17,475 nucleotides of DNA from Clostridium sp. CAG:914. Lineage in GTDB: Bacteria > Bacillota_I > Bacilli_A > RF39 > UBA660. The stretch lies in contig FR902159.1 in assembly GCA_000437895.1 (NCBI GenBank), positions 20,487 to 37,961 on the forward strand, given 5' to 3'. Of the stretch, positions 1-7,713 are shown one piece after another. The position numbers and the translations under genes are program-made. Each line of letters starts with the position of its first letter. The first letter of the stretch is position 1. The notes beneath the pieces were generated by a model. The model saw only the letters and a program-made list of their open reading frames with translations, was not told the DNA's origin and made no database searches.

Positions 1-313
1 CTCTTTCCCTAGAATGTCCATATTCCATAGCCTGACTATAACACTTATCAATAGATATATATATATCTCCCAAAACCCTATAATCATCTATCTTAATATT
101 ATCAGTATCCTCTAAAGCAAAAGATATAACATCCGTCTCTGCATCAATATTACGATATTCCCTATTAATTTCTCTTATTTTTTCATTATCAATTATAATT
201 ATATTAAATTCACATCTCTCTAATCCTAATTTCTTAACAACATATTTTATATATTCATTTAAAACATCTAATTCCAAAACATCATTCTTAACTTCACTTA
301 TAACCTGAAACAT
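1..313 (-). CDS. ybeY: Endoribonuclease YbeY (rRNA maturation factor), N-terminal part; the 3' end runs off the left window edge
   Basis: Hand translation of the minus strand from the ATG at 313-311 gives MFQVISEVKNDVLELDVLNEYIKYVVKKLGLERCEFNIIIIDNEKIREINREYRNIDAETDVISFALED...GDIYISIDKCYSQAMEYGHSRER, open to position 1. The REYRN..D..TDVISF and A.EYGHS..RE blocks are the conserved YbeY core that precedes the HGxLHLxGYDH zinc site, which lies outside the window. GGAGG at 322-318. This ORF is not in the supplied track because it is truncated. Confidence 0.8.
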   Translation of the reverse strand, partial: MFQVISEVKNDVLELDVLNEYIKYVVKKLGLERCEFNIIIIDNEKIREINREYRNIDAETDVISFALEDTDNIKIDDYRVLGDIYISIDKCYSQAMEYGHSRER

Positions 314-321
314 ACATCCTC

Positions 322-942
322 CTATTTAAACCAAGCCACAACATTTATATTAAAAGTATATATTATTAAAATAACTACTATAACAATACTAAGTATATTA
401 AGAAAAGTATCACTCTTTAAAAATTTAGGAAGTCTACCCTTAACTGCATCTAATGCAATATATACAACAAACCCTATTACTCCCCCAATAACATTCAAAA
501 TAATATCATCTATATCAAAAGTTCTACCAATATTATATTGAACCAATTCAATAGACAAAGTAACTATTAAAGTAAATAAAATATTAAAAGAAAACTTCTT
601 ATTATTCAAAAAATATGAACTAAAATATCCATACGGAATAAATAATACAATATTTCCAATAATATTCTTAATAAATTTATCACTCATAAAACTATATCTA
701 AACATTTCCTTAAACGGAACCAAATTTACCCCACCATAGTTAATATTCTTATACGTAACTATATAATACAAACATAAAACATATATAATAAATATAAGAG
801 ACATTACTTCCTTATATATAACTATTCTCTTACCTTGTTTCAAAAGATATCCCAATCGCAAAGATATAACTATTACACCAATAATTACCATCATAGGCCA
901 CATACTTGGTAACATCTCCAAAATAATACCTCTAAGAACCAT
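322..942 (-). CDS. VanZ-like integral membrane protein
   Basis: 206-aa polytopic hydrophobic ORF. The GNIVLFIPYGYFSSYFL and ELVQY..GRTFDIDDIILNVIGGVIGF blocks are typical of the VanZ family. ATG at 942 is preceded by AAGGTGGTG. Confidence 0.6.
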   Translation of the reverse strand: MVLRGIILEMLPSMWPMMVIIGVIVISLRLGYLLKQGKRIVIYKEVMSLIFIIYVLCLYYIVTYKNINYGGVNLVPFKEMFRYSFMSDKFIKNIIGNIVLFIPYGYFSSYFLNNKKFSFNILFTLIVTLSIELVQYNIGRTFDIDDIILNVIGGVIGFVVYIALDAVKGRLPKFLKSDTFLNILSIVIVVILIIYTFNINVVAWFK

Positions 943-1019
943 ATTTACACCACCTTCTTACCTATATATAATTTTACTATATTTTTATCTTCTTGAACAG
1001 TACTTTAAGAAAAAAGAAT

Positions 1020-1238
1020 TTAATTTTCTACATTAAACTCTTCTAAAGTACCATTTTCTTTTAACACCTTGTTAACCTTTTCAACAGCAGTATTTAACTT
1101 ATCAGAGCATTCCTTAGCCAAATTCATAGCCTTAGTATACTTTTCAATAGCATCATCCAAATTAACTTCACCACTCTCTAATTCTTTAACAATTGTCTCT
1201 AATTCCTTTATTTTATCTTCAAAACTATTTTCCATCAA
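1020..1238 (-). CDS. xseB: Exodeoxyribonuclease VII small subunit
   Basis: 72 aa. FEDKIKELETIVKELESGEVNLDDAIEKYTKAMNLAKECSDKL is the canonical XseB helical hairpin. It overlaps the stop of xseA by 14 nt, the classic xseA-xseB arrangement. Confidence 0.85.
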   Translation of the reverse strand: MMENSFEDKIKELETIVKELESGEVNLDDAIEKYTKAMNLAKECSDKLNTAVEKVNKVLKENGTLEEFNVEN

Positions 1239-2499
1239 TATCCACCTTCACAATCTTTGCATCAATAACTGCATTCTTAATATCTATATTTATTATATCA
1301 TCTATTTTTAATTTCTTAACATCTACAACAACTTTATCATTCTGTTTAACAATAGCATATCCTCTCTTTATCGTATTCATAGGATTTAACACCTCTAACT
1401 TAGATATTAAATTAACCAAATTCTGTTCCTTAAATTTATACAATAAAGAAGGATTAGTAAGTATATAACTATTAATATTTTTATATAATCTAATTCTAGT
1501 ATTATCTAAAATATTAATCATTCTCTTATTCAAATTATCAATCAAAAAATCTAATTTCTGTTCCTTAATTTCATAAATAGCTGTCGGTTTCTTTAAAACA
1601 TAACTTTCCAATAAAGAACTAAGTTTAGTCTTATTTTTATCTATCAATTTAATTAAACCATTATAGCATCTTTCCTTAGCCGTAATTAAATATGTATTTA
1701 TCGTATCCATATCAGGAACAGCTAACTCAGCAGCAGCCGTTGGTGTAGGAGCACGTAAATCAGCTACAAAATCAGAAATAGTAAAATCTATTTCATGACC
1801 AACAGCACTAATAACTGGAACACGTGAATTATATATAGCCCTAGCTACTATTTCCTCATTAAATGGCCACAAATCCTCAATAGAACCACCACCACGACCT
1901 ACAATCAACGTATCTATATCATAAGTATTAGCAATATTAATATTTCTAACTATATCCTTAGCAGCATCAGCTCCCTGAACCAAAGATGGAAATAAAATAG
2001 TTTCACATATAGGATATCTTCTCTTTAATGTCGTTAAAATATCTTTAATAGCAGCCCCCGTTGAAGCCGTAACTATTCCTATTTTTCTTGGCATTCTTCT
2101 TATCTTTCTCTTGTGAGTGGGATCAAACAAACCTTCACTAGCTAACTTTTTCTTAAGTTTCTCAAACTCAACATATAAGTTACCTAAACCATCTTGAGAC
2201 ATATCTTGAACATATATTTGATATGAACCAGTTGCTTCATAAACAGAAATCCTACCTGTTACTAAAACTTTCATACCATCAACAGGTTTAAACTTTAATG
2301 CACCAGTATTATAAGAAAACATAACTGCATTAATTCTACTAGTCTCATCCTTTAACGTAAAATAATAATGTCCCCTCGTATGAGCTTTAAAATTAGATAT
2401 TTCTCCCTTAAGATAAACCCTTTGTAAATTATCATCCATATCAAACAAATCTTTTAAATATTTGTTTAATTCTCCAATAGATATATAATTATTGTTCAT
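1225..2499 (-). CDS. xseA: Exodeoxyribonuclease VII large subunit
   Basis: 424 aa. N-terminal OB fold (VYLKGEISNFKAHTRGHYYFTLKD), then the catalytic core (IGIVTASTGAAIKDI, LIVGRGGGSIEDLWPFNEE, ISAVGHEIDFTISDFVADLRAPTPTAAAE) and a C-terminal coiled-coil. Confidence 0.92.
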   Translation of the reverse strand: MNNNYISIGELNKYLKDLFDMDDNLQRVYLKGEISNFKAHTRGHYYFTLKDETSRINAVMFSYNTGALKFKPVDGMKVLVTGRISVYEATGSYQIYVQDMSQDGLGNLYVEFEKLKKKLASEGLFDPTHKRKIRRMPRKIGIVTASTGAAIKDILTTLKRRYPICETILFPSLVQGADAAKDIVRNINIANTYDIDTLIVGRGGGSIEDLWPFNEEIVARAIYNSRVPVISAVGHEIDFTISDFVADLRAPTPTAAAELAVPDMDTINTYLITAKERCYNGLIKLIDKNKTKLSSLLESYVLKKPTAIYEIKEQKLDFLIDNLNKRMINILDNTRIRLYKNINSYILTNPSLLYKFKEQNLVNLISKLEVLNPMNTIKRGYAIVKQNDKVVVDVKKLKIDDIINIDIKNAVIDAKIVKVDIDGK

Positions 2500-2899
2500 T
2501 ATTCACCTTACTATGATATATCTTATCTAACACACCATTTATCATCTTTGATACCTTATCATCAGAGTATTTCTTAGACAATTCAATAGCCTCATCAATA
2601 CATACCTTATAAGGAGTATTCGTATACATAAGTTCATAAATAGCTATTCTTAAAATAGCTTGATCAGTAAAACCAAGTCTATAAATATCCCAATCAGTCA
2701 AATATTTATTAGCTAACTCATCAATTTTATCTCTATTATCAATAACCCCATGTACTAAAGAATTAACATAATCACTCTTCACATCCAATTGATGACTTAT
2801 TATATCATCAACCTTAAAACTAATATCATTACTTTCATACAAAAATATTTGATATAAAATTATCATAGCAGAATATCTCAATTCATGTCTCGTTTTCAT
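2489..2899 (-). CDS. nusB: Transcription antitermination factor NusB
   Basis: RHELRYSAMIILYQ, ILRIAIYELMY and INGVLDKI are NusB signatures. I moved the start from the GTG at 2911 to the ATG at 2899, which has AGGTGA 8 nt upstream. The nusB-xseA-xseB order matches Bacillus-type synteny. Confidence 0.85.
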   Translation of the reverse strand: MKTRHELRYSAMIILYQIFLYESNDISFKVDDIISHQLDVKSDYVNSLVHGVIDNRDKIDELANKYLTDWDIYRLGFTDQAILRIAIYELMYTNTPYKVCIDEAIELSKKYSDDKVSKMINGVLDKIYHSKVNNEQ

Positions 2900-2928
2900 A
2901 ACTTCAATCACCTAATTAAATATATCAC

Positions 2929-2957
2929 AAAAAGAAAAAAGAGTAAACTACTCTCTT
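2929..2957 (-). terminator. Candidate rho-independent terminator after the thiol-redox operon
   Basis: Minus-strand sense: AGAGTA-GTT-TACTCT (2954-2940), extendable by A-U/G-U pairs, followed by TTTTTCTTTTT (2939-2929). The stem is short and AT-rich, so this is only moderately convincing. Confidence 0.4.
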
Positions 2958-3000
2958 AAAAATAATATTCTTTATTAACTTTTGATATAACATTAATTAT

Positions 3001-4227
3001 TTAAAAATTAAACATTATCCACTCAGGTTTAAACATTAAAAGCAGTCCTATAAACAACATAAGAATACCACCAATTAACTTAGATAAATTACCATACTTA
3101 GAAGATACACCAGTTAGTGATAATGTTGTCATAGCAATAACAAATACCACAAAATCATCCAACAAAAAGAATAACATGTATAAAACAATATATATAATCT
3201 CTTCAATAGCCGTCAAATTATTAAGTGACAATATCTCAATAAACATAACAGGTAATCCTGCTGAACAAGCAAGTTCTACAACATTAACACTAATAGCAAG
3301 AACTATAACACCTAAAATAGCTAACCAAAAGTTTTTTTCTGTTGTAAACTTTTTAATTCTAGTAATTATTCTATTTCTTTTCTTATCATCTACAACATCA
3401 CAACCAGAAACTTTTCTATGTTTAATATATCCCCTTAAATTAATAAAACCACCAACAAGAGAAACAACAGCAATAATTACTCTTACCCATACAACAGATA
3501 TTAATAAATTAGCCAAATTTAACCAAGACATCATAAATATTAAATATATTAAAGCCGAAATCAAAAGAAAAGTACTTCCCAATATCCACATTCTCTTTTT
3601 ATCTTTCATACCAATTAACATACTAATCAAAAATAATAATACCCACATAGCACATGGATTAAATCCATCAGCCAAACCAATTACTACTGTTATTAAAGGA
3701 AGTGTTAAATTTTTTAACTTAACTTCCCCAATTAAAGGTAATTTAACTTTATAACTAATATAATTACTAATATATTCATCAACATCTGGATCAGTATCCT
3801 TTACTTCATAACTAGGTAAAGGTATCGAAGAAATATATTCCCCAACCTTATCTTCATAACCATATTTAGAATAATACTCTATAGCTCCTTTAAATCTACC
3901 CTTAGAGTTTTCATAATCATAACCACTAAACACCTTATTACCAATAATTGTATAAGGTGTACCAGTTACTTTACTTCCCATAATTTCTGATATATTCTTT
4001 AATAATTCACCATTCCCATTTTCATTCACTTCATATTTATATACCTTAATATTATCATATTCTTTTTCTAATTCATCTAAAAGTTTAATTTCTTCTTTAC
4101 AATGCTTACAAGTATATGAATGAAACAAATATATATTTACTAAATTCTTTTCAGATACTGCATTTACAACATTACAAAAAGAAAACAAACAAATAACAAG
4201 AAATAATATCTTTAAACTTCTTTTCAT
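3001..4227 (-). CDS. Secreted thioredoxin-fold domain fused to a polytopic membrane domain with conserved cysteines (DsbD/CcdA-like thiol-disulfide membrane protein)
   Basis: 408 aa. Signal peptide MKRSLKILFLVICLFSFCNVVNA, then a thioredoxin/glutaredoxin-like CxxC (LFHSYTCKHCKEE). After that come about six transmembrane helices carrying DGFNPCAMWVL in the first and ELACSAGLP in a later helix. The start overlaps the upstream stop as ATGA at 4224-4227. Confidence 0.6.
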   Translation of the reverse strand: MKRSLKILFLVICLFSFCNVVNAVSEKNLVNIYLFHSYTCKHCKEEIKLLDELEKEYDNIKVYKYEVNENGNGELLKNISEIMGSKVTGTPYTIIGNKVFSGYDYENSKGRFKGAIEYYSKYGYEDKVGEYISSIPLPSYEVKDTDPDVDEYISNYISYKVKLPLIGEVKLKNLTLPLITVVIGLADGFNPCAMWVLLFLISMLIGMKDKKRMWILGSTFLLISALIYLIFMMSWLNLANLLISVVWVRVIIAVVSLVGGFINLRGYIKHRKVSGCDVVDDKKRNRIITRIKKFTTEKNFWLAILGVIVLAISVNVVELACSAGLPVMFIEILSLNNLTAIEEIIYIVLYMLFFLLDDFVVFVIAMTTLSLTGVSSKYGNLSKLIGGILMLFIGLLLMFKPEWIMFNF

Positions 4228-4490
4228 AATTCACCATATTTATCTATTAGTTCTTTTAACTTATCATAGTCTACTTCCCCAATAGTTCTCTCTAACTCAT
4301 TACCATCTTTATCCAAAAAAATATAAACAGGTAATACCTTACCAACATTATATTCCCCTATCTTATCATTATCAATATCATAGTCATATTCCAAAATATC
4401 AAGTTTATAATCATTTTCAATCTTTTTCCATACTTTTCTCATAACTAAACAAGCCGGACACCATATAGCTCCTATCTTAATTATCTTCAT
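4224..4490 (-). CDS. Small thioredoxin-family protein (WCPAC active site)
   Basis: MKIIKIGAIWCPACLVMRKVWKKIE, about 88 aa with a thioredoxin fold. I chose the ATG at 4490, preceded by GGGAGGT plus a 4-nt spacer, over the track start at 4508. Confidence 0.65.
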   Translation of the reverse strand: MKIIKIGAIWCPACLVMRKVWKKIENDYKLDILEYDYDIDNDKIGEYNVGKVLPVYIFLDKDGNELERTIGEVDYDKLKELIDKYGEL

Positions 4491-5628
4491 GCTTACCTCC
4501 CAAATCAAGTTTCTTTATACACATATCAAATATTCTTAAAAATTCATCTACTTCCTCTTCAGTAGTCATATAAGACAAACTAATCCTTAAACTTTGATTA
4601 GACAAATATTCATCTTTAGTTAAAGCATATACACTATTTGACATACTATTAGAAGAAGAACAAGCACTCTTCGTAGATATATAAATAAAATTATCTGATA
4701 ATGCTCTAACCAATGTCTCAGGTTTAATATTTCTAACACTAAAATTTATAATATGTGGAATAGAATTACCAGTACTATTAATATGAACTAAAGAATATTT
4801 CTTAAGTTTATCTATAATTTTTCTATTTAATTTACTAACATAATTATAATTATCATCCACATTAGGAAACAATATTTCCATAGCTTTCATTAAAGAAACA
4901 ATAAGTGGCAAAGCAGGTGTTCCACCTCTAAAAGCAGTTGTACTTTTTCCCCCATGGATAAGAGGAACTATATTTATTTTTTCTTTTTTATATAATATTC
5001 CTATTCCCTTTGGAGCATATATCTTATGAGCAGACATACTAGCCAAATCAACACAAGACAAATCAACATCTACCTTACCTATAGCTTGAGTCATATCTAC
5101 ATGAAAGAAACACTTAGGATAATCTTTTAAAATATTAGCTATTTCTCTAATAGGTTGTTTTAATCCTATTTCACTATCTACCATAGTAATACTAACAAGA
5201 ATAGTATCATCCCTAAGTAATCTCTTTAAATCATCTAAATCAACCAATCCTTCATGAGTTATCTTAACAAAATCAACATCATAACCCTCACCAGCCAAAT
5301 AATTTAAAGGTCCTATTACAGAAGAATGTTCCAAAAAAGTAGTTATAATATGCTTACCCCTATTTTTATATTGCCAAGCTATCCCTTTTATAGCCATATT
5401 ATTAGATTCACTAGCCCCAGAAGTATATATTATTTCACTTGGTTTAACATTCAACATCCCAGCAATCTTAGCCGTAGCATAATCCTCTAATTCTTTTGAC
5501 TTAACCCCAAGAGAATGCAAAGAATTACTATTTCCAGGATAATTAACACATACATCATCAAATGTATCTAAAACCCTCTTATCAAGAGGAGTCGTAGCCG
5601 AATAATCTAAATAAATCATAAATATCAT
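4477..5628 (-). CDS. Cysteine desulfurase (class V aminotransferase, NifS/IscS-like)
   Basis: YLDYSATTP N-terminus, a SGASESNN block, the PLP-lysine motif SAHKIYAPKGIG, and the catalytic Cys loop STKSACSS. An alternative start at the ATG at 5619 (MIYLDYSATTP) is equally plausible. Confidence 0.85.
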   Translation of the reverse strand: MIFMIYLDYSATTPLDKRVLDTFDDVCVNYPGNSNSLHSLGVKSKELEDYATAKIAGMLNVKPSEIIYTSGASESNNMAIKGIAWQYKNRGKHIITTFLEHSSVIGPLNYLAGEGYDVDFVKITHEGLVDLDDLKRLLRDDTILVSITMVDSEIGLKQPIREIANILKDYPKCFFHVDMTQAIGKVDVDLSCVDLASMSAHKIYAPKGIGILYKKEKINIVPLIHGGKSTTAFRGGTPALPLIVSLMKAMEILFPNVDDNYNYVSKLNRKIIDKLKKYSLVHINSTGNSIPHIINFSVRNIKPETLVRALSDNFIYISTKSACSSSNSMSNSVYALTKDEYLSNQSLRISLSYMTTEEEVDEFLRIFDMCIKKLDLGGKHEDN

Positions 5629-5658
5629 ACCTACACTTTCTTATTAATACTAACTATT

Positions 5659-5667
5659 ATTCTACCA
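5659..5667 (-). promoter_or_regulatory. Candidate extended -10 promoter for the desulfurase/thioredoxin operon
   Basis: Minus-strand sense TGGTAGAAT (TGn + TAGAAT). The -35 position holds only TTTAAT. It lies about 30 nt upstream of the CDS start. Confidence 0.35.
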
Positions 5668-5694
5668 TATTTTTACTAATCATTAAAGTTTATA

Positions 5695-6321
5695 TTACTT
5701 AATAGCAATAAATTTATTAATTTTAACACCTAAACTACTAAACTTTTTCTCATACTCAGTCATAACATTATAAACATTTTCTTTATGTAAATCATTAGTA
5801 ACATAACAAATATCATATCCATAATTTTCTAATGAACCAAGAGAATAATTAAACAAATCTATATTATCTGTCTTCATCTCAATTCTAGCTCTATCTTTAA
5901 ATATCTTATCATAAATACTCAAAAAATTATAACTAGTTAATCTTCTTTTCTCATGCCTATCCTTAGGCCATGGATCAGAAAAATTCAAATATATCAAATC
6001 CACTTCTTTATCAAATACTTTATCTAAAAAAATAGCATCTAACCTAATTAACCTTAAATTATCAAGTTCTAATTCATTAGACTTTTGAATAGCCCTAACT
6101 ATAACACTATCATATTTTTCTATACCTATATAATTAATATCAGGATTATTTTTTGCATTCTCCACAATAAAATCTCCCTTTCCCATACCTATTTCTATAT
6201 ATATAGGATTATTATTAGAAAAAACATTATTCCATATCCCCTTATAATCCATAGGATTATCTATATAATACCTTCCCGTAGACATAATATTATCTTTATT
6301 TTTTACATTTCTAAGCCTCAT
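5695..6321 (-). CDS. trmB: tRNA (guanine46-N7)-methyltransferase
   Basis: MRLRNVKN start, the SAM-binding block IEIGMGKGDF, GIEKY, and YLNFSDPWPKDRHEKRRL (the TrmB signature). The start was moved from a TTG at 6339 to the ATG at 6321, downstream of GGGAG. Confidence 0.85.
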   Translation of the reverse strand: MRLRNVKNKDNIMSTGRYYIDNPMDYKGIWNNVFSNNNPIYIEIGMGKGDFIVENAKNNPDINYIGIEKYDSVIVRAIQKSNELELDNLRLIRLDAIFLDKVFDKEVDLIYLNFSDPWPKDRHEKRRLTSYNFLSIYDKIFKDRARIEMKTDNIDLFNYSLGSLENYGYDICYVTNDLHKENVYNVMTEYEKKFSSLGVKINKFIAIK

Positions 6322-6370
6322 ACTAAAAATCACTCCCAATAAGTTATCACTTAATTAATTATATAAAGTA

Positions 6371-6397
6371 TCATAATTTAAGTCAATAGCATACACT
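6371..6397 (+). promoter_or_regulatory. Sigma-E-like sporulation promoter candidate for the cotJ operon
   Basis: TCATAAT (6371-6377) and CATACACT (6390-6397) match the B. subtilis sigma-E -35 (ZHATAxx) and -10 (CATACAHT) consensus as I remember them. The spacer is 12 nt rather than the roughly 14 nt expected. Confidence 0.25.
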
Positions 6398-6417
6398 ATT
6401 TATAGGAGTGGTATTGT

Positions 6418-6621
6418 ATGAATTATATGGAAAATATGCCAATTCAACCTAATATGATAATGCCTTTTAATAACCAAAATATTATTAATGAATTATTATA
6501 TAAATTAAATGAAATGGATAATAAAATAAAAAAACTAGAACAAAGAATTAATAGATTGGAAACAAGTAAAGATAATATCAATAATTATAATGAACCAGAT
6601 AATCTTATGTATATGATATAA
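6418..6621 (+). CDS. Small hypothetical coiled-coil protein, first ORF of the cotJ cluster
   Basis: 67 aa with AGGAG 9 nt upstream. Heptad-like NELLYKLNEMDNKIKKLEQRINRLE. No family recognised. The coding call rests on the RBS and on position ahead of cotJ. Confidence 0.4.
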   Translation: MNYMENMPIQPNMIMPFNNQNIINELLYKLNEMDNKIKKLEQRINRLETSKDNINNYNEPDNLMYMI

Positions 6622-6669
6622 GCCTATACCAAATTAGACTATTAACATAGGATATTATGGGAGGAACAA

Positions 6670-7110
6670 ATGAACAATAATTATTATAATATACCTGTAG
6701 ATTGGTATAGTATGGACACTATTAATAGTTATGATAACATAATTAATGATAGATCTGGTAATTTATTAAGTCCAAAGGATGGTTTCTTAAAAGGAAATAT
6801 GTTTAATAACTTATATAGCAAATATAAAAACTATCCAATTAATGACTTAAATATCCAAAATAAAAGAGAAGAATTATTATATAATTATATGATGTATAAC
6901 TTTACTCTAACAGATTTAGGATTATATCTAGATAATTACCCTAATGATGTTAACGTTATTAACTTATATAACAATTACCTAAACGAATACTACAAAATAT
7001 TAAACGAATATGAAAGAAATTATGGACCATTAACAATCGATAGTCATTATCTAAATACAAGCCCTTGGACTTGGGATAATTCACCATGGCCATGGGAGGT
7101 GACTAAATAA
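6670..7110 (+). CDS. cotJB: Spore coat protein CotJB with an N-terminal CotJA-like extension (apparent CotJA-CotJB fusion)
   Basis: The C-terminal half, FTLTDLGLYLDNYPND...YERNYGPLT...SPWTWDNSPWPWEV, matches CotJB. The N-terminal half, LLSPKDGFLKGNMFNNLYSKYKNYP, resembles the CotJA core (sP.EAL.kGTLw..Ly..Y.nP). GGGAGG RBS. The stop overlaps the cotJC ATG. Confidence 0.75.
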   Translation: MNNNYYNIPVDWYSMDTINSYDNIINDRSGNLLSPKDGFLKGNMFNNLYSKYKNYPINDLNIQNKREELLYNYMMYNFTLTDLGLYLDNYPNDVNVINLYNNYLNEYYKILNEYERNYGPLTIDSHYLNTSPWTWDNSPWPWEVTK

Positions 7111-7667
7111 TGTGGAAATATGTTAAAAGTCTAGAATACCCTGTTAATATAAAAAAGAAAGATTTAAAAATGGCTAAATATCTAGTTACACAATATGGTG
7201 GTGCTAACGGAGAACTAGGAGCTGCCTTAAGATACTTAAATCAAAGATATACTATGCCAGATGAAAAAGGAAAAGCTCTACTTACCGATATCGGTACAGA
7301 AGAATTAGCCCATGTAGAAATAATATCAGCTATGGTATACCAATTATTAAAAGGAGCAACAAAAGAAGAATTAGAAAACGCTGGATTAGGTTCACATTAT
7401 ACTGAACATGGTAATGCCCTATATCCAACAGATTCAAATGGTGTTCCCTTTACCGTAGCTTACTTTGCCACAACAGGAGACCCACTCGCTGATTTATCTG
7501 AAGATATGGCTGCTGAAGAAAAAGCAAGAGCCACATATGAACACCTAATTACCCTAACTAATGATAAAGATATTATTGATGTATTGTTATTTTTAAGACA
7601 AAGAGAAATTATTCACTTTCAAAGATTTAAAGAATTATATGATGAATATAAGAAAAAAGGATACTAA
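7110..7667 (+). CDS. cotJC: Spore coat protein CotJC (manganese-catalase family)
   Basis: MWKYVKSLEYPVNIKKKDLKMAKYLVTQYGGANGELGAALRYLNQRYTMP and GTEELAHVEII are near-invariant CotJC and Mn-catalase di-metal ligand blocks. 185 aa. Confidence 0.9.
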   Translation: MWKYVKSLEYPVNIKKKDLKMAKYLVTQYGGANGELGAALRYLNQRYTMPDEKGKALLTDIGTEELAHVEIISAMVYQLLKGATKEELENAGLGSHYTEHGNALYPTDSNGVPFTVAYFATTGDPLADLSEDMAAEEKARATYEHLITLTNDKDIIDVLLFLRQREIIHFQRFKELYDEYKKKGY

Positions 7668-7670
7668 ACT

Positions 7671-7697
7671 ACAGACTAACAAAAGTCTGTTTTTTTA
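7671..7697 (+). terminator. Rho-independent terminator of the cotJ operon
   Basis: ACAGACT (7671-7677), loop AACAAA, AGTCTGT (7684-7690), then TTTTTTT (7691-7697), directly after the cotJC stop. Confidence 0.7.
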
Positions 7698-7713
7698 GTA
7701 TCTTTCTATCAAA

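Noticed and set aside
45-75. An (AT)n-like palindromic run (agatatatatatatatct) could be a repeat or regulatory element.
   Set aside because: It lies within the ybeY reading frame (encoding GDIYISID). It is short and consistent with the AT-rich coding composition.
1069-1468. Two plus-strand ORFs (1069-1311 and 1193-1468) lie antisense to xseB and xseA.
   Set aside because: They give low-complexity, Ile/Phe/Ser/Leu-rich translations, as expected for the antisense strand of AT-rich genes. They are fully overlapped by well-supported xseB and xseA.
3176-3754. A 192-aa plus-strand ORF lies antisense to the membrane/thioredoxin fusion gene.
   Set aside because: It is a shadow ORF opposite a gene with clear signal peptide, CxxC and transmembrane features. 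It has no RBS or recognisable motifs.
6085-6342. An 85-aa plus-strand ORF lies antisense to trmB.
   Set aside because: It is a shadow ORF with a low-complexity translation (Ile/Tyr/Asn-rich), overlapped by trmB, which has conserved motifs.
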